In this document: positions 1-9,542 of the stretch, piece by piece
Numbering within the stretch: position 1 is the stretch's first letter
Layout of the letters: each line of letters begins with the position of its first letter
Origin: Coprothermobacterota bacterium
Lineage (GTDB): Bacteria; Coprothermobacterota; Coprothermobacteria; Coprothermobacterales; Coprothermobacteraceae
Direction of reading: 5' to 3'
Length of the DNA stretch: 64,000 bases
Assembly: GCA_036679065.1 (NCBI GenBank)
Contig: JAZIGN010000001.1
Location: forward strand, 1 to 64,000
Made by a program: the position numbers and the translations under genes
Notes under the pieces: generated by a model
The model's database searches: none
Told to the model about the DNA's origin: nothing
Seen by the model: the letters and a program-made list of their open reading frames with translations, nothing else

Positions 1-62
1 CTGTAGAGCTTCTTGGTGAGCTGCAGTTTGTTGAGTTCATATTGGATGAAGGAGGGAAATAA
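1..62 (+). CDS. 3' end of an upstream CDS (partial, product not identifiable; YceD/DUF177-like by position only)
   Basis: Open frame VELLGELQFVEFILDEGGK ending TAA at 60-62; contains the GGAGG SD for rpmF. Confidence 0.4.
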   Translation, partial: VELLGELQFVEFILDEGGK

Positions 63-65
63 TAC

Positions 66-257
66 ATGGGTGCACCAAAGAAGAAACCAACACGGATGAA
101 AAGAGATCAGAGAAGAGCTCATTTCAAAGCCACTGTACCGAACTTAATCGAGTGTCCGCATTGTCATGAGCTCATACCATCTCACACGGTTTGTCCTAAC
201 TGTGGATGGTATGGTGGGGAAGAAAAAATCAAGATTGAGAAGGAAGAGAAAGGCTAA
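66..257 (+). CDS. rpmF: 50S ribosomal protein L32 (Zn-binding CxxC form)
   Basis: PKKK...RDQRRAH, CPHC...HTVCPNCGWY; upstream of plsX. Confidence 0.97.
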   Translation: MGAPKKKPTRMKRDQRRAHFKATVPNLIECPHCHELIPSHTVCPNCGWYGGEEKIKIEKEEKG

Positions 258-263
258 TTAAAA

Positions 264-1259
264 ATGAAAATCGCCCTGGATCTCATGGGCGCAGATCAAC
301 CTCCGGGCGTTTTGCTGGAAGGTGTGTACCGTTACGCCCATGACCATCGTGATGAGGATGAGCTTCTCGTTTTGGTTTCGAAAGGTGAGGTAGTAAGGGA
401 TTCCAGTAGCGTCAGAGTAGTTTATTGTGACGAAGTAGTGAAGCAAGAGGACGAACCTACGGTGGTGCTAAGAAAACGAAACAGTAGTATGTGCAAGGGC
501 TTAGAAATGGTTGCTAGCGGCGAGGTAGAAGGCCTTATAAGCTTCGGCAATACCGGAGCTTTGGTCATTGGTGGCGTTGCTTATGTCAAAAGACTGGAGG
601 CTCATATTAGGCCAGCCATTTGTGTCGCCATGCCTTCTGTGCAGGGTTCCACATGGGTATTCGTAGATGCGGGAGCAAATGCTGATGTGGACCCTGCTGA
701 TCTTTTAGATTTTGCTGCCTATGGTTGTGCCTACTATAAATCTTTGGAAGGACATGATGCTGAATCTGTTGCCCTTCTTAACGTTGGAAAGGAAAGACAT
801 AAGGGTTCGAAATTGATTCAGGAAGCAGCTCAACTTATGGCTGACGTGCCTGAATTTGTTGGTTTTGTAGAACCAGATCAGCTCCTTTTACCAGCTGTGA
901 ATGTGGTAGTAACGTGGGGACTTCTCGGCAATGTCTTTCTTAAAACTGCTGAGGGTGTACTGGAAGTGGTGAAACACACACTGAAGGACATTAGTCAGAA
1001 GGGCCTCAAAGAGAAAATCGGTTTGGGCTTAGTAAAAGGGAGTTTGTACCAAACGTTTAAGAAATTTGATTATCGAACCTATGGTGTCAGTCCTATTTTG
1101 GGTTTGAAAGGTAATGTGTTAAAGGGACATGGTAAAAGTGACCCTGAGGCGGTATATAATGCTCTGCGTACTGGTAAATTACTTATGGAACGAAATACCA
1201 TTGGCGCAGTGAAGGAGGAACTAGTAAGGTGGAGAGAGAAAAGATCTTCCAGGAGCTAA
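264..1259 (+). CDS. plsX: Phosphate acyltransferase PlsX
   Basis: IALDLMGAD, GNTGAL, RPAI, DAGAN, ALLNVG, KGHGKS; rpmF-plsX-acpP synteny. Confidence 0.95.
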   Translation: MKIALDLMGADQPPGVLLEGVYRYAHDHRDEDELLVLVSKGEVVRDSSSVRVVYCDEVVKQEDEPTVVLRKRNSSMCKGLEMVASGEVEGLISFGNTGALVIGGVAYVKRLEAHIRPAICVAMPSVQGSTWVFVDAGANADVDPADLLDFAAYGCAYYKSLEGHDAESVALLNVGKERHKGSKLIQEAAQLMADVPEFVGFVEPDQLLLPAVNVVVTWGLLGNVFLKTAEGVLEVVKHTLKDISQKGLKEKIGLGLVKGSLYQTFKKFDYRTYGVSPILGLKGNVLKGHGKSDPEAVYNALRTGKLLMERNTIGAVKEELVRWREKRSSRS

Positions 1260-1477
1260 AGAACATCCTAAAAGATACTGTTACTGTTGAAGAGGAAGAG
1301 ATCACCATGGAGTCAGATCTGGTGAATGACCTTAACTTGGATAGTTTGGATTTAGTAGACCTTGCTCTTAGTGTGGAGCAGGTTTTTGGATTTGAATTCA
1401 GTGATGAGCAGTTGCAACAGATAAAAACTGTTAAGGATGTAGTGGATATAATAGAATCAAATCTTTATACTAAATGA
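1229..1477 (+). CDS. acpP: Acyl carrier protein
   Basis: Acidic 82 aa, LDSLD phosphopantetheine motif; AAGGAGG upstream of GTG. Confidence 0.95.
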   Translation: MEREKIFQELKNILKDTVTVEEEEITMESDLVNDLNLDSLDLVDLALSVEQVFGFEFSDEQLQQIKTVKDVVDIIESNLYTK

Positions 1478-2250
1478 GGATTTATCCTGTTTTCCTTTCT
1501 CACGCTGGATGCAGACAACGATGTGTGTTTTGTAACCAGAGGGCGGCTGAGCGCATTAAGCCATGGAAGGAAAGCATTGAAGAAGCTTTTCATTACATCC
1601 AAAAAAGTAATCTGGTTTATGACGAAATAGCTTTCTATGGCGGTACGCCAACTAGCTCGGAAAACCTTTTGAAGGACATACTTCAGCCATTTCAGACTTT
1701 TCTAAAGATCGGAAAGATAAAGGGCATAAGAATTTCTACTCGACCAGACGAAATAAACGAAAGCATAATCCAGATACTCGTTGATTACGGCGTAAGCACG
1801 GTAGAGATTGGAGTAGAGAGCTTTTCAGATGAGGTTCTACGTTTGTCTAAGCGGGGTCATACGGAGGAAGATGTAAAACGGGCGCATGAGCTGTTAAAAG
1901 GACGTTTTCGGGAAGTCTTTCAACTCATGGTCGGGCTACCGGGTGAAACTGACCGCCACAGAGAGGAGACCATTTCCAAGACGGTTTCCCTTAAACCATG
2001 GGGGGTAAGGTATTTCCCAACATTGGTTCTTCGCGGGACTGAGCTGCAGAAAATGTACGAGAGCGGTACTTACCAGCCCTTGTCCATGGAAGAAGCACTT
2101 TACTGGTCTCGCAGAGCATATGAGAGTTTCATGGCTGCTGGCATAGCGGTTTTGCAGATAGGCCTTCATAGCTCCGAATTCCTGTCAGAGGAATTGGTGG
2201 CAGGTCCTTACTGCGGTAACTTTGGAGAATTGGTTAGGGGTGTGATGTAA
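1474..2250 (+). CDS. Radical SAM protein (Elp3/HemN-like family often found between acpP and ftsY)
   Basis: PVFLSHAGCRQRCVFCNQ (CxxxCxxC), FYGGT, ISTRPD, LMVGLPGE. Confidence 0.85.
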   Translation: MRIYPVFLSHAGCRQRCVFCNQRAAERIKPWKESIEEAFHYIQKSNLVYDEIAFYGGTPTSSENLLKDILQPFQTFLKIGKIKGIRISTRPDEINESIIQILVDYGVSTVEIGVESFSDEVLRLSKRGHTEEDVKRAHELLKGRFREVFQLMVGLPGETDRHREETISKTVSLKPWGVRYFPTLVLRGTELQKMYESGTYQPLSMEEALYWSRRAYESFMAAGIAVLQIGLHSSEFLSEELVAGPYCGNFGELVRGVM

Positions 2251-3120
2251 ATGGGCCTTTTAGATGGTTTTAAAGCGTTTTTTCATCAAACTGTACTGAA
2301 GATGCAGGGAAAAGCTCTTACTCCCGAGCAGGAGGAGGAGCTGCTTTCAAAACTAATCATGGCTGATTTTAGTCTGAAGAAGGCTCAAGCACTTTTGGAA
2401 CAGATTAAGGAGAAAGGCAACAACGTAGATGTCATAAGAGAAGTTCTCTTGAATGAAGCTCCACCTTTTGAGCCTCTCAGAGATACCAGCGTGCCTTCAG
2501 TATTCTTTATCATAGGTGTGAACGGTGTAGGAAAAACTACCACAGTAGCAAAGTTAGCACACATGTACGCAAAACAAGGAAAGAACGTTGTCGTTGTGGG
2601 TGCAGACACCTTCAGAGCTGCTGCACAAGATCAATTGAGCACGCTAGTGAATCGCATGCCTGTTACATATGTGGGTGGGGAGCGTGGTTCGGACAGCGGT
2701 TCCATTCTTTACAAGGCCATTTCAGAGAACCCGCAGGCGTCTGTTTTTTTGGTTGACACAGCTGGGCGAATTCACACTTCCAGGGCCTTAATTGATGAGT
2801 TGAGCAAACTTATCAAAGTTGGCAAGAAGTTTTCTGAGGAATTCCCTCAGGAAGTGCTACTTGTATTAGATGGTACGCAAGGGATTCAGGGTTACCGTCA
2901 GGCCATGTCGTTTGTCCAGGGTACGCCCATAACGGGTTTAGTACTAACGAAAATGGATAGTACGGCAAAGGGTGGAATGATCTTTTCGATTTGGGATGAG
3001 CTAAAAATCCCTGTTAAACTGGTTTGTTTCGGTCAGCAGCTTGATGACATTGATTTCTACAGCCCACAAAGGGTTGTCGATGCCATCCTTGGGAATAACG
3101 GCGGTGGTAATAATGACTGA
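2251..3120 (+). CDS. ftsY: Signal recognition particle receptor FtsY (NG domains only)
   Basis: GVNGVGKTTT, DTFRAAA, DTAGR, TKMDSTAKGG. Confidence 0.95.
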   Translation: MGLLDGFKAFFHQTVLKMQGKALTPEQEEELLSKLIMADFSLKKAQALLEQIKEKGNNVDVIREVLLNEAPPFEPLRDTSVPSVFFIIGVNGVGKTTTVAKLAHMYAKQGKNVVVVGADTFRAAAQDQLSTLVNRMPVTYVGGERGSDSGSILYKAISENPQASVFLVDTAGRIHTSRALIDELSKLIKVGKKFSEEFPQEVLLVLDGTQGIQGYRQAMSFVQGTPITGLVLTKMDSTAKGGMIFSIWDELKIPVKLVCFGQQLDDIDFYSPQRVVDAILGNNGGGNND

Positions 3121-3877
3121 GCAATCAGTGGAAACTGTCATGCTTAGAGCTGTTAATCTGGCGCTTGACGAAATAGGGGAGTACTGGTGCAGTGCAGTTT
3201 CCTGGGAACCTAAAGGTGTGGATGATCGCGTAACGTTTCTGGATAAACAGATTGAGAAGAAACTACAGAGTTTTCTGCAAGAATACAGCAATTACGGTTT
3301 CATGGGTGAAGAATACGGTGTGAAGAGTCGAGGGGAACGTTTGTGGGTGTTGGACCCCATAGATGGTACCGTAAATTTTACTGTTCGTCTGCCCATGGTT
3401 GCTGTCTCTTTGGCACTCATGGAAGGGGACAAGGCCGTTTTAGGGGCAGTGGGGGAAGCAGTTAGCAAGCGTATCTATTGGTCTGATGGCAAGCATCTTT
3501 TTTTTGATAATGCCGTGATAAGTAACAGTAGAAAGGTTAGTACTTTGGAGGAAGCATTTGTGGGTTTGGGGACGCCCCGAAAAGACGATCCCTTTGCTGC
3601 TGGTTATGGCAAGTTTTTGTCAGCGGTCCAAAAGAAAGCAATGCGTTTAAGGATGCTGGGCTCGGCTGCACTGGGTTTGACCTACGTCGCTTCAGGTGCG
3701 TTGGACGCATTCCTTCTACCACGTTTTGAACTGTGGGATGTGGCAGCTGGAAGACTCTTGGTGGAAGTATCTGGTGGCAGCTACTGGCAGGAAGGTCCAA
3801 ATGCTGTTCTCATTGCAGCGCGCAATGAAGCCCTTCTGGAAGACCTTAAACAAATTTGGTATGGTGTGAACTCCTGA
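3113..3877 (+). CDS. suhB: Inositol monophosphatase family protein
   Basis: GEE, WVLDPIDGTVNF, RMLGSAA, WDVAAG; start placed at ATG 3113, overlapping the ftsY stop. Confidence 0.85.
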   Translation: MTEQSVETVMLRAVNLALDEIGEYWCSAVSWEPKGVDDRVTFLDKQIEKKLQSFLQEYSNYGFMGEEYGVKSRGERLWVLDPIDGTVNFTVRLPMVAVSLALMEGDKAVLGAVGEAVSKRIYWSDGKHLFFDNAVISNSRKVSTLEEAFVGLGTPRKDDPFAAGYGKFLSAVQKKAMRLRMLGSAALGLTYVASGALDAFLLPRFELWDVAAGRLLVEVSGGSYWQEGPNAVLIAARNEALLEDLKQIWYGVNS

Positions 3878-4084
3878 TAACGAATGATACTGCTATTTGT
3901 TGAGCCGATTGGTTTTAGCTGACACCTTTTTTGCGCTTCAAGCGCGATTATTTGGTGAGTGCATGCTAAGTATCATCTCCGTTGATGCCGTGGTTGGTTT
4001 TGTTGATCGCATGGTGCTGACATTGTCATTCGTTAATCTACCTGATTTACGATGGTTATTGGGAACACTATCCTGTAACGTGGT

Positions 4085-4113
4085 TTGAAGAAAAGCCTCT
4101 GTCATGATAAAAT
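4085..4113 (+). promoter_or_regulatory. Sigma70-type promoter of tRNA-Gln
   Basis: TTGAAG-N17-TAAAAT with extended -10 TG, about 25 nt upstream of the tRNA. Confidence 0.65.
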
Positions 4114-4138
4114 AATTCTGTTGTTTGGCTACACGTGT

Positions 4139-4213
4139 TGGGGGATCGTCTAATGGGCAGGACGCAGGACTTTGGATCCTGTAGTGGTGGTTCGAGTCCA
4201 CCTCCCCCAGCCA
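4139..4213 (+). tRNA. tRNA-Gln(UUG)
   Basis: Acceptor TGGGGGA/TCCCCCA, anticodon arm CAGGA-CTTTGGA-TCCTG, T loop GGTTCGAGTCC, encoded CCA. Confidence 0.97.
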
Positions 4214-4222
4214 TTATAGGGG

Positions 4223-4873
4223 GTGATGGGGTTGGGTAAAAGCATTTCCAAAGCAAGAACATTAGGTGAAATTGGTTCTATTCTGTACGTGATCAGTTTG
4301 GTCATTCCGAACGCCATTCTCTTAATTGGTGGTGTGGTACTGCTTCTGCTGTCGGTTCTGGACATCGTTAGGGACACGGAGTATAAAGGTTCTGGAAACT
4401 CATTTATTATCGCCATGATTCTGGACATAGTGTGGCTTTACGTTGCTGCGTTTGCAGTAGCACTAACGCTGGGAGCTTATAAGGCTTATGTTGAAAGGCC
4501 TGGCGCTGACTGTATGGGTCCCATGTGCGACCGCCTGTTTCCCAATCCCTTTGGACCGGGAGGGGCCGGAAGAACTGTTGTCATGGCAGCATTAGGGGCG
4601 GCCATTATTGCGTACGTTATTAACATAATTACGGGCATACTTTACAGAAACATTTACAAGAATGTGGGCAAAATAACTGGTGTTTCAAACTTTGAACGAT
4701 CGGCTAATTGGATTTTTTGGGGAAGGATTCTCAGCATTGTCCTTGTGGGACTGGTAGTGGATCTTGTTGGCAGGGTCATGCTAGCAATTAGCTTTTTCCA
4801 TCTACCGGATTTCTTACCAAGTAATGAAGAAGAGGCTCAGTCAATACAAGAAAAGGATTCTGGACCTGAGTAG
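4223..4873 (+). CDS. DUF996-like integral membrane protein (true start possibly 4226 or 4232)
   Basis: Several hydrophobic helices; KARTLGEIGSIL N-terminus and TGVSNF...WIFWGRILSIVLVG resemble DUF996. Confidence 0.6.
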   Translation: MMGLGKSISKARTLGEIGSILYVISLVIPNAILLIGGVVLLLLSVLDIVRDTEYKGSGNSFIIAMILDIVWLYVAAFAVALTLGAYKAYVERPGADCMGPMCDRLFPNPFGPGGAGRTVVMAALGAAIIAYVINIITGILYRNIYKNVGKITGVSNFERSANWIFWGRILSIVLVGLVVDLVGRVMLAISFFHLPDFLPSNEEEAQSIQEKDSGPE

Positions 4874-4910
4874 ATTTTTCCCAGCGTTTTTGCGTAGTAG
4901 CATGAGCCAT

Positions 4911-4947
4911 TAAGAAAAAGGACCCCCGTAAGGGGCCCTTTTTCTTA
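4911..4947. terminator. Bidirectional intrinsic terminator
   Basis: TAAGAAAAAGG-ACCCC-CGTAA-GGGGC-CCTTTTTCTTA between convergent genes. Confidence 0.85.
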
Positions 4948-4949
4948 CG

Positions 4950-7340
4950 CTATCCGCACTTGCTATAGCCGCAATTGGGGCACATGAGGCAGCCTTCGGC
5001 GCTTACCATGGGTGTGCCGCATACCGGGCACAGTGTTACGCCCATGCTATTTAGGAGTTCTTGGACACGCTCATGGCCGTAAACTGCTTTCATGGTGTCT
5101 ATTTGTTCTTTATCGAGCTTAGGTGGAGCTGTGGTTTTTTTACTAGCATTTGTCTCTTCCAAAGTCAATGAAAAAGAAGTTGCACTCTTCAAGCCATTTC
5201 CCAAAATATTCAGTCCTTTACTGACGGCTTCTTTTAATGCAAGAGCAATACCGTGGGCAGTGCTTCTTAGGCCTTCAGGGGAGAGCTTGTAGCTTACTGG
5301 ATCTACCGGTTGCACCAATTGGTCCACGATTTCGTCCAGTGGGATACCGTACTGCAGGGCAATGGAGACAAGCCTTGCCACGGCTTCAATTTCAGCTGGT
5401 GCTACTGATCCACTGGCATTTGTGAATACCTCTATGGGACGGCCGTTTTCGTCCACATTTACGGTAACGTATAACGTACCTGTGCCTGTTCTAAATTTCT
5501 TCGTGAAACCTGTAAGCACCTCTGGCCGTTTCGGGAATATCCTCTTTGGTCTTGGTTCTTGAGTTTCTTCTGATGAACGTTCTTTGGGCGAAGTTGATGG
5601 CACGTTAAGTACCTGCAGTTCTAGTGACTTATCTCTGTATACGGTAATGGACTTCGTTCCTAGTTCATAGGCCAGGAGATAGATGTCTTCTATGTCTTCA
5701 ACAGTGGACTGGTAAGGAAGATTCACCGTCTTAGAAATGGAGCTGTCTATGTTCTCCTGCCATGCTGCTTGCATGCGCACATGCCATTCTGGAGCGACTT
5801 CCATGGCAGTGGGAAAGGCATTTCTTATGTCCTCTGGCAGATCTTCTAAATCCCGCAGTTTACCCTCGTTTTCTATGATTCTTTGAACCAATTCTTCGCT
5901 GTACAGCTCGCGTTCCTTCAGTACATCCAGCAACGTGGGTTGGACTTCGTGGAAGGTACCTGCTGTGATTTTCCTTTCAAAAGCCAAAGCAAAGTAAGGT
6001 TCAATACCACTGTTTACGTTTGCTAGTATAGATAATGTTCCTGTGGGAGCTATGGTGGTTACGGCAGCGTTTCTCATGGGAATGCCGAGCTCTTTCCACT
6101 TACTTTGATCATAAAACTCAAACACTCCGCGTTCCTGGGCAAGCTCCTGGGAAGCCAGGTGAGATTTCTCCTTTAAGAATGCTCCCACTTTTCTTGCTTC
6201 TTCTAGAGCTTCCTCGGAATCGTATGGTATGCCAAGTAAAGACAAAGCATCAGCCCACCCCATCACGCCTAAACCAATTCTTCTTGCTTTTTTTGCATAA
6301 TCCTCGAGTTCGGGTATGGGGTAGTCGTTAGCTTCAATGACGTTATCCAAGAAGCGTACTGCCAATCTTATAGTTCGCTGGAATTTCTCCCAGTCCCACT
6401 CGTAACCGCTGTCTGTTTTCTTCAGCATGTGTTTGAGGTTTATGGAGCCCAAATTGCAAGAACCGTAAGGCGGCAAAGGCTGTTCACCGCACGGGTTGGT
6501 AGCTTCAATGCGGCCATCATCTAGGTAGTCCAATTGATTAATGCGGTCGATGAAGATAATGCCTGGGTCTCCTGTGCGCCAGGCATTCTCAGCTATTTTG
6601 TGCATTACTTCACGTGCATTGAGTTCTCCCACTACTTCTCCAGTATGGGGTGCCACGAGCTTAAACGTAGTATCTTCCTTGTAAGCTTGAATAAACTCTT
6701 CTGTGACAGCTACAGAGATATTGAAATTATGGAGTGGACCTTGGCCACTGGTGTTCTCCTTCTTGGCGTCGATGAATTCCAAGATGTCTGGATGGTGAAC
6801 GTTTAGAACACCCATTTGTGCTCCGCGCCTCTTACCTCCCTGTGCCACCACATCTACCATGACATCGTAAATGTGCATAAAAGACACAGGTCCAGAGGAT
6901 TTTCCACCACTACTCTTAACGAGAGAGCCTTTTGGTCTTAAACGGCTAAAGGCATAACCTACACCGCCACCTGCTTGCATTATTTTTGCAGCATCCCATA
7001 GGGTCTTAAAAATACCATCAATGCTGTCTTCTATTGGGAGTACTATGCATGCTGACATAAATCGTCTGCCTCTGTACTTGGGATCTTTAGGCAAACCTGC
7101 ATGAAACAATGTAGGCGTATTTGGTAAAAAGTCGCGTTTCCAAAGTATGTCGAAGAAGTCCTGTTCCACGGATGAGATTTGTTCAGATGTGGCGCCCCAA
7201 ACAGTCTCAATCTGTGCCAGTCCATGTGCTACACGGTGCATAAGCTGTTCAGGGGTTTCCACGATGTTGCCGTTTTCGTCTCTGAGAAGATATCTTTGCT
7301 CTAGGACTCTTAATGCTGTTTCGCTCCACTCCAATTCCAT
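4950..7340 (-). CDS. nrdJ: Adenosylcobalamin-dependent (class II) ribonucleotide reductase with C-terminal TSCPD and Zn-ribbon domains
   Basis: SAC, QGGKRRGAQM, ATNPCGEQPL, CNLGSINL, TIAPTGT, ISKTVN, C-terminal CPVC..CPNCGYSKC; no ATP cone. Confidence 0.93.
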   Translation of the reverse strand: MELEWSETALRVLEQRYLLRDENGNIVETPEQLMHRVAHGLAQIETVWGATSEQISSVEQDFFDILWKRDFLPNTPTLFHAGLPKDPKYRGRRFMSACIVLPIEDSIDGIFKTLWDAAKIMQAGGGVGYAFSRLRPKGSLVKSSGGKSSGPVSFMHIYDVMVDVVAQGGKRRGAQMGVLNVHHPDILEFIDAKKENTSGQGPLHNFNISVAVTEEFIQAYKEDTTFKLVAPHTGEVVGELNAREVMHKIAENAWRTGDPGIIFIDRINQLDYLDDGRIEATNPCGEQPLPPYGSCNLGSINLKHMLKKTDSGYEWDWEKFQRTIRLAVRFLDNVIEANDYPIPELEDYAKKARRIGLGVMGWADALSLLGIPYDSEEALEEARKVGAFLKEKSHLASQELAQERGVFEFYDQSKWKELGIPMRNAAVTTIAPTGTLSILANVNSGIEPYFALAFERKITAGTFHEVQPTLLDVLKERELYSEELVQRIIENEGKLRDLEDLPEDIRNAFPTAMEVAPEWHVRMQAAWQENIDSSISKTVNLPYQSTVEDIEDIYLLAYELGTKSITVYRDKSLELQVLNVPSTSPKERSSEETQEPRPKRIFPKRPEVLTGFTKKFRTGTGTLYVTVNVDENGRPIEVFTNASGSVAPAEIEAVARLVSIALQYGIPLDEIVDQLVQPVDPVSYKLSPEGLRSTAHGIALALKEAVSKGLNILGNGLKSATSFSLTLEETNASKKTTAPPKLDKEQIDTMKAVYGHERVQELLNSMGVTLCPVCGTPMVSAEGCLMCPNCGYSKCG

Positions 7341-7346
7341 GGCTTC

Positions 7347-7808
7347 TTACCCTCCACCAAAGAATTTTTCCAATTCTTCGTCCAGAATACTGCCCACCGT
7401 GTTGCCATCAGCTTTTCCCTTTAGCTCCTGCATCAATGAGCCCATAATCTTACCTCGCTCCTTCATGCTTTTTGGCTGTAGTTTTTCGATGTGGCTTCTT
7501 ACTACTTGCCTAATTTCTTCCTCTGACATCAAAGGCGGCAAATAGCTCTCTAAAACGGAAAGCTCTGCCTTTTCCCGCTCTAAAAGGTCTGTTCTGCCTG
7601 CTTTCTGGTACATCTCAATGGCTTCTCTGCGTTTCTTAACTTCTTGTTTGATTACCTGCAGAACATCGTTGTCATCTGCTTCTCCCATTTTCTGCACTTC
7701 CAGGTTTTTTATGCCAGTCACCACAGACCGTACTACTTCCAATTTAACGCTATCTTTGGCCTTCATGGCATTCTTTAGGTCTTCTTGTAATTTTTCCTTT
7801 AGGGACAT
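7347..7808 (-). CDS. GatB/YqeY domain protein
   Basis: LKEKLQEDLKNAMKAKD, KKRREAIEMY, YLPP, GKADG. Confidence 0.92.
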   Translation of the reverse strand: MSLKEKLQEDLKNAMKAKDSVKLEVVRSVVTGIKNLEVQKMGEADDNDVLQVIKQEVKKRREAIEMYQKAGRTDLLEREKAELSVLESYLPPLMSEEEIRQVVRSHIEKLQPKSMKERGKIMGSLMQELKGKADGNTVGSILDEELEKFFGGG

Positions 7809-7913
7809 GATATGTTAATGCGCCTCCTTTTGCTGGAGTTGTAATATAATCGTAACACCAATAAGAAATCTCGTGTATGAAAACCATACAATGTGGAAAG
7901 AGGAGAAAATGCT

Positions 7914-9542
7914 GTGACGCATTACCTTTCAGTGGAGGGGCTCTTTAAGCTGGAGGTCACTCATGGAGAACCTTTCTGGGAAGCTATAAAGGCTAAACAA
8001 GATTACTTAACACTGCTGGAGAAAGAAGAGGCTGTTGCCATTCATGTGGGTGAGGACATTCTCCCATTGCAGGCTCCAGTGCTCAGCGATGGAGCACTAA
8101 GACTTGTAAGAAGGGGAACTGTACTGGGTCAACGCATCGCTGAGAGATCCTCCATGTTCGTAGTTGGAATGGCAGCGTACAGACTGTTTGGTAAAAAGTA
8201 CATGGAGGTTAAGTACTCCTATGGTTCAGGTATTTTTTGCAGTATGGATGAGCCCCTAAAGGATGAGGAAATAAAAGCGCTGAAACAGGAAGTGCAGAAC
8301 CTTATTGAAGAAGACATACCCATAAAGTGGTCTGTTGTAAATGTTGGTGCCGAAATCCCCAGTTCAATGTTTGTTAGGGGTGTTAAGAGTTTAACAAAAT
8401 ACCGGAATGTAAAACATCAATTATTCTACAGTGAGGATTATGGAGAGGTTTCTTGGCTTCCGCTTTTGCCCAGTACGGGCATGGTCAAGGGCATAAACCT
8501 TATAAACTATGCACCTGGCTTCGTAGTAGTTCCAGAAGATAGGCAGTTCGAGGAAATACCAAAACTGTTTCAAGCGTTCTTTGAATACGATCAATGGCTC
8601 AAGGTGCTTGGGATAAGCGATGTGGGCGACATAAATGCTTTAACTCAGGGTCGTGAGATTACGGAGCTTATTAAGGTAGCAGAGGCACTGCACGAGAAGA
8701 GAGTTTCCTACATCGCAGACGAGATTAAAAAGAAAGAAGCGAAGCTAATTCTTGTTGCTGGTCCTTCATCTTCCGGAAAGACAAGTTTTTCTCATAGGTT
8801 GGCAGTTCAGCTCCGAGTGAATGGATTAAGGCCAATCAATATGGGGACCGACGATTACTTTTTGCCTAGGGAATTGACGCCTCGCGATGAAGCCGGTAAT
8901 TATGACTTTGATTCACTGGAGGCAGTTGATTTGGAAACTTTGGTGCAGGATATCAACCAGCTTCTGAATGGTGAAGAAATAGAAGTTAAAAAGTATGACT
9001 TTGTGCGAGGGGCACGAATTACACAGGAAAAAAAGCTCAAACTTCCTGAAAACGGAGTGCTCATTTTGGAGGGCATCCATGCTCTTAATCCGCGCACCAC
9101 TCAGGGTGTGCCTGCTCATGTGAAATACAAGGTTTACGTGAGTGCATTGGCGCATCTTAACTTGGACGAAGTAAACCGCACTTACACGACTGATGCTCGG
9201 CTCATCCGTCGCATGGTCAGAGACAGTTTTTACAGAGCTTACTTAGCAGAAGAAACGCTTCGTCAATGGCCCTCAGTTAGACGTGGAGAAGATAAGTACA
9301 TTTTCCCTTATCAACAGGAAGCTGATGCATTCTTTAACAGCGCTTTGCCTTATGAGCTTCTCGTGCTTAAACCCTTTGCTGACCCGCTGCTTTCTCAAAT
9401 TCCAGAAACGGTCAAGGAATACCCTGATGCGTGGAGACTTAAAACATTGCTGAGTTACTTTGAAACATGTCCCTCTGCCTACGTTCCCAGCACCTCCATA
9501 TTGCGTGAGTTCATAGGTGGCAGCGCGTTTGATGTTTATTAA
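7914..9542 (+). CDS. Nucleoside (uridine) kinase / phosphoribulokinase-like protein with ThrRS-like N-terminal region
   Basis: AEALHEK, AGPSSSGKT, DDYF, LEGIHALNP, RRMVRD, SILREFIGGS; GTG 7914 follows AGGAG. Confidence 0.85.
   Translation: MTHYLSVEGLFKLEVTHGEPFWEAIKAKQDYLTLLEKEEAVAIHVGEDILPLQAPVLSDGALRLVRRGTVLGQRIAERSSMFVVGMAAYRLFGKKYMEVKYSYGSGIFCSMDEPLKDEEIKALKQEVQNLIEEDIPIKWSVVNVGAEIPSSMFVRGVKSLTKYRNVKHQLFYSEDYGEVSWLPLLPSTGMVKGINLINYAPGFVVVPEDRQFEEIPKLFQAFFEYDQWLKVLGISDVGDINALTQGREITELIKVAEALHEKRVSYIADEIKKKEAKLILVAGPSSSGKTSFSHRLAVQLRVNGLRPINMGTDDYFLPRELTPRDEAGNYDFDSLEAVDLETLVQDINQLLNGEEIEVKKYDFVRGARITQEKKLKLPENGVLILEGIHALNPRTTQGVPAHVKYKVYVSALAHLNLDEVNRTYTTDARLIRRMVRDSFYRAYLAEETLRQWPSVRRGEDKYIFPYQQEADAFFNSALPYELLVLKPFADPLLSQIPETVKEYPDAWRLKTLLSYFETCPSAYVPSTSILREFIGGSAFDVY

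Noticed and set aside
3897..4428. Short ORFs around tRNA-Gln
   Set aside because: No SD or recognisable motif; most overlap the tRNA or its promoter
4950..7340. Intein or intron in the ribonucleotide reductase
   Set aside because: Continuous ORF of ordinary length with no HN-C/S/T junction or LAGLIDADG motif
7882..7898. NrdR box upstream of yqeY-nrdJ (CCATACAATGTGG)
   Set aside because: Only a 13-bp imperfect palindrome, wrong spacing for the 16-bp box, and not in tandem
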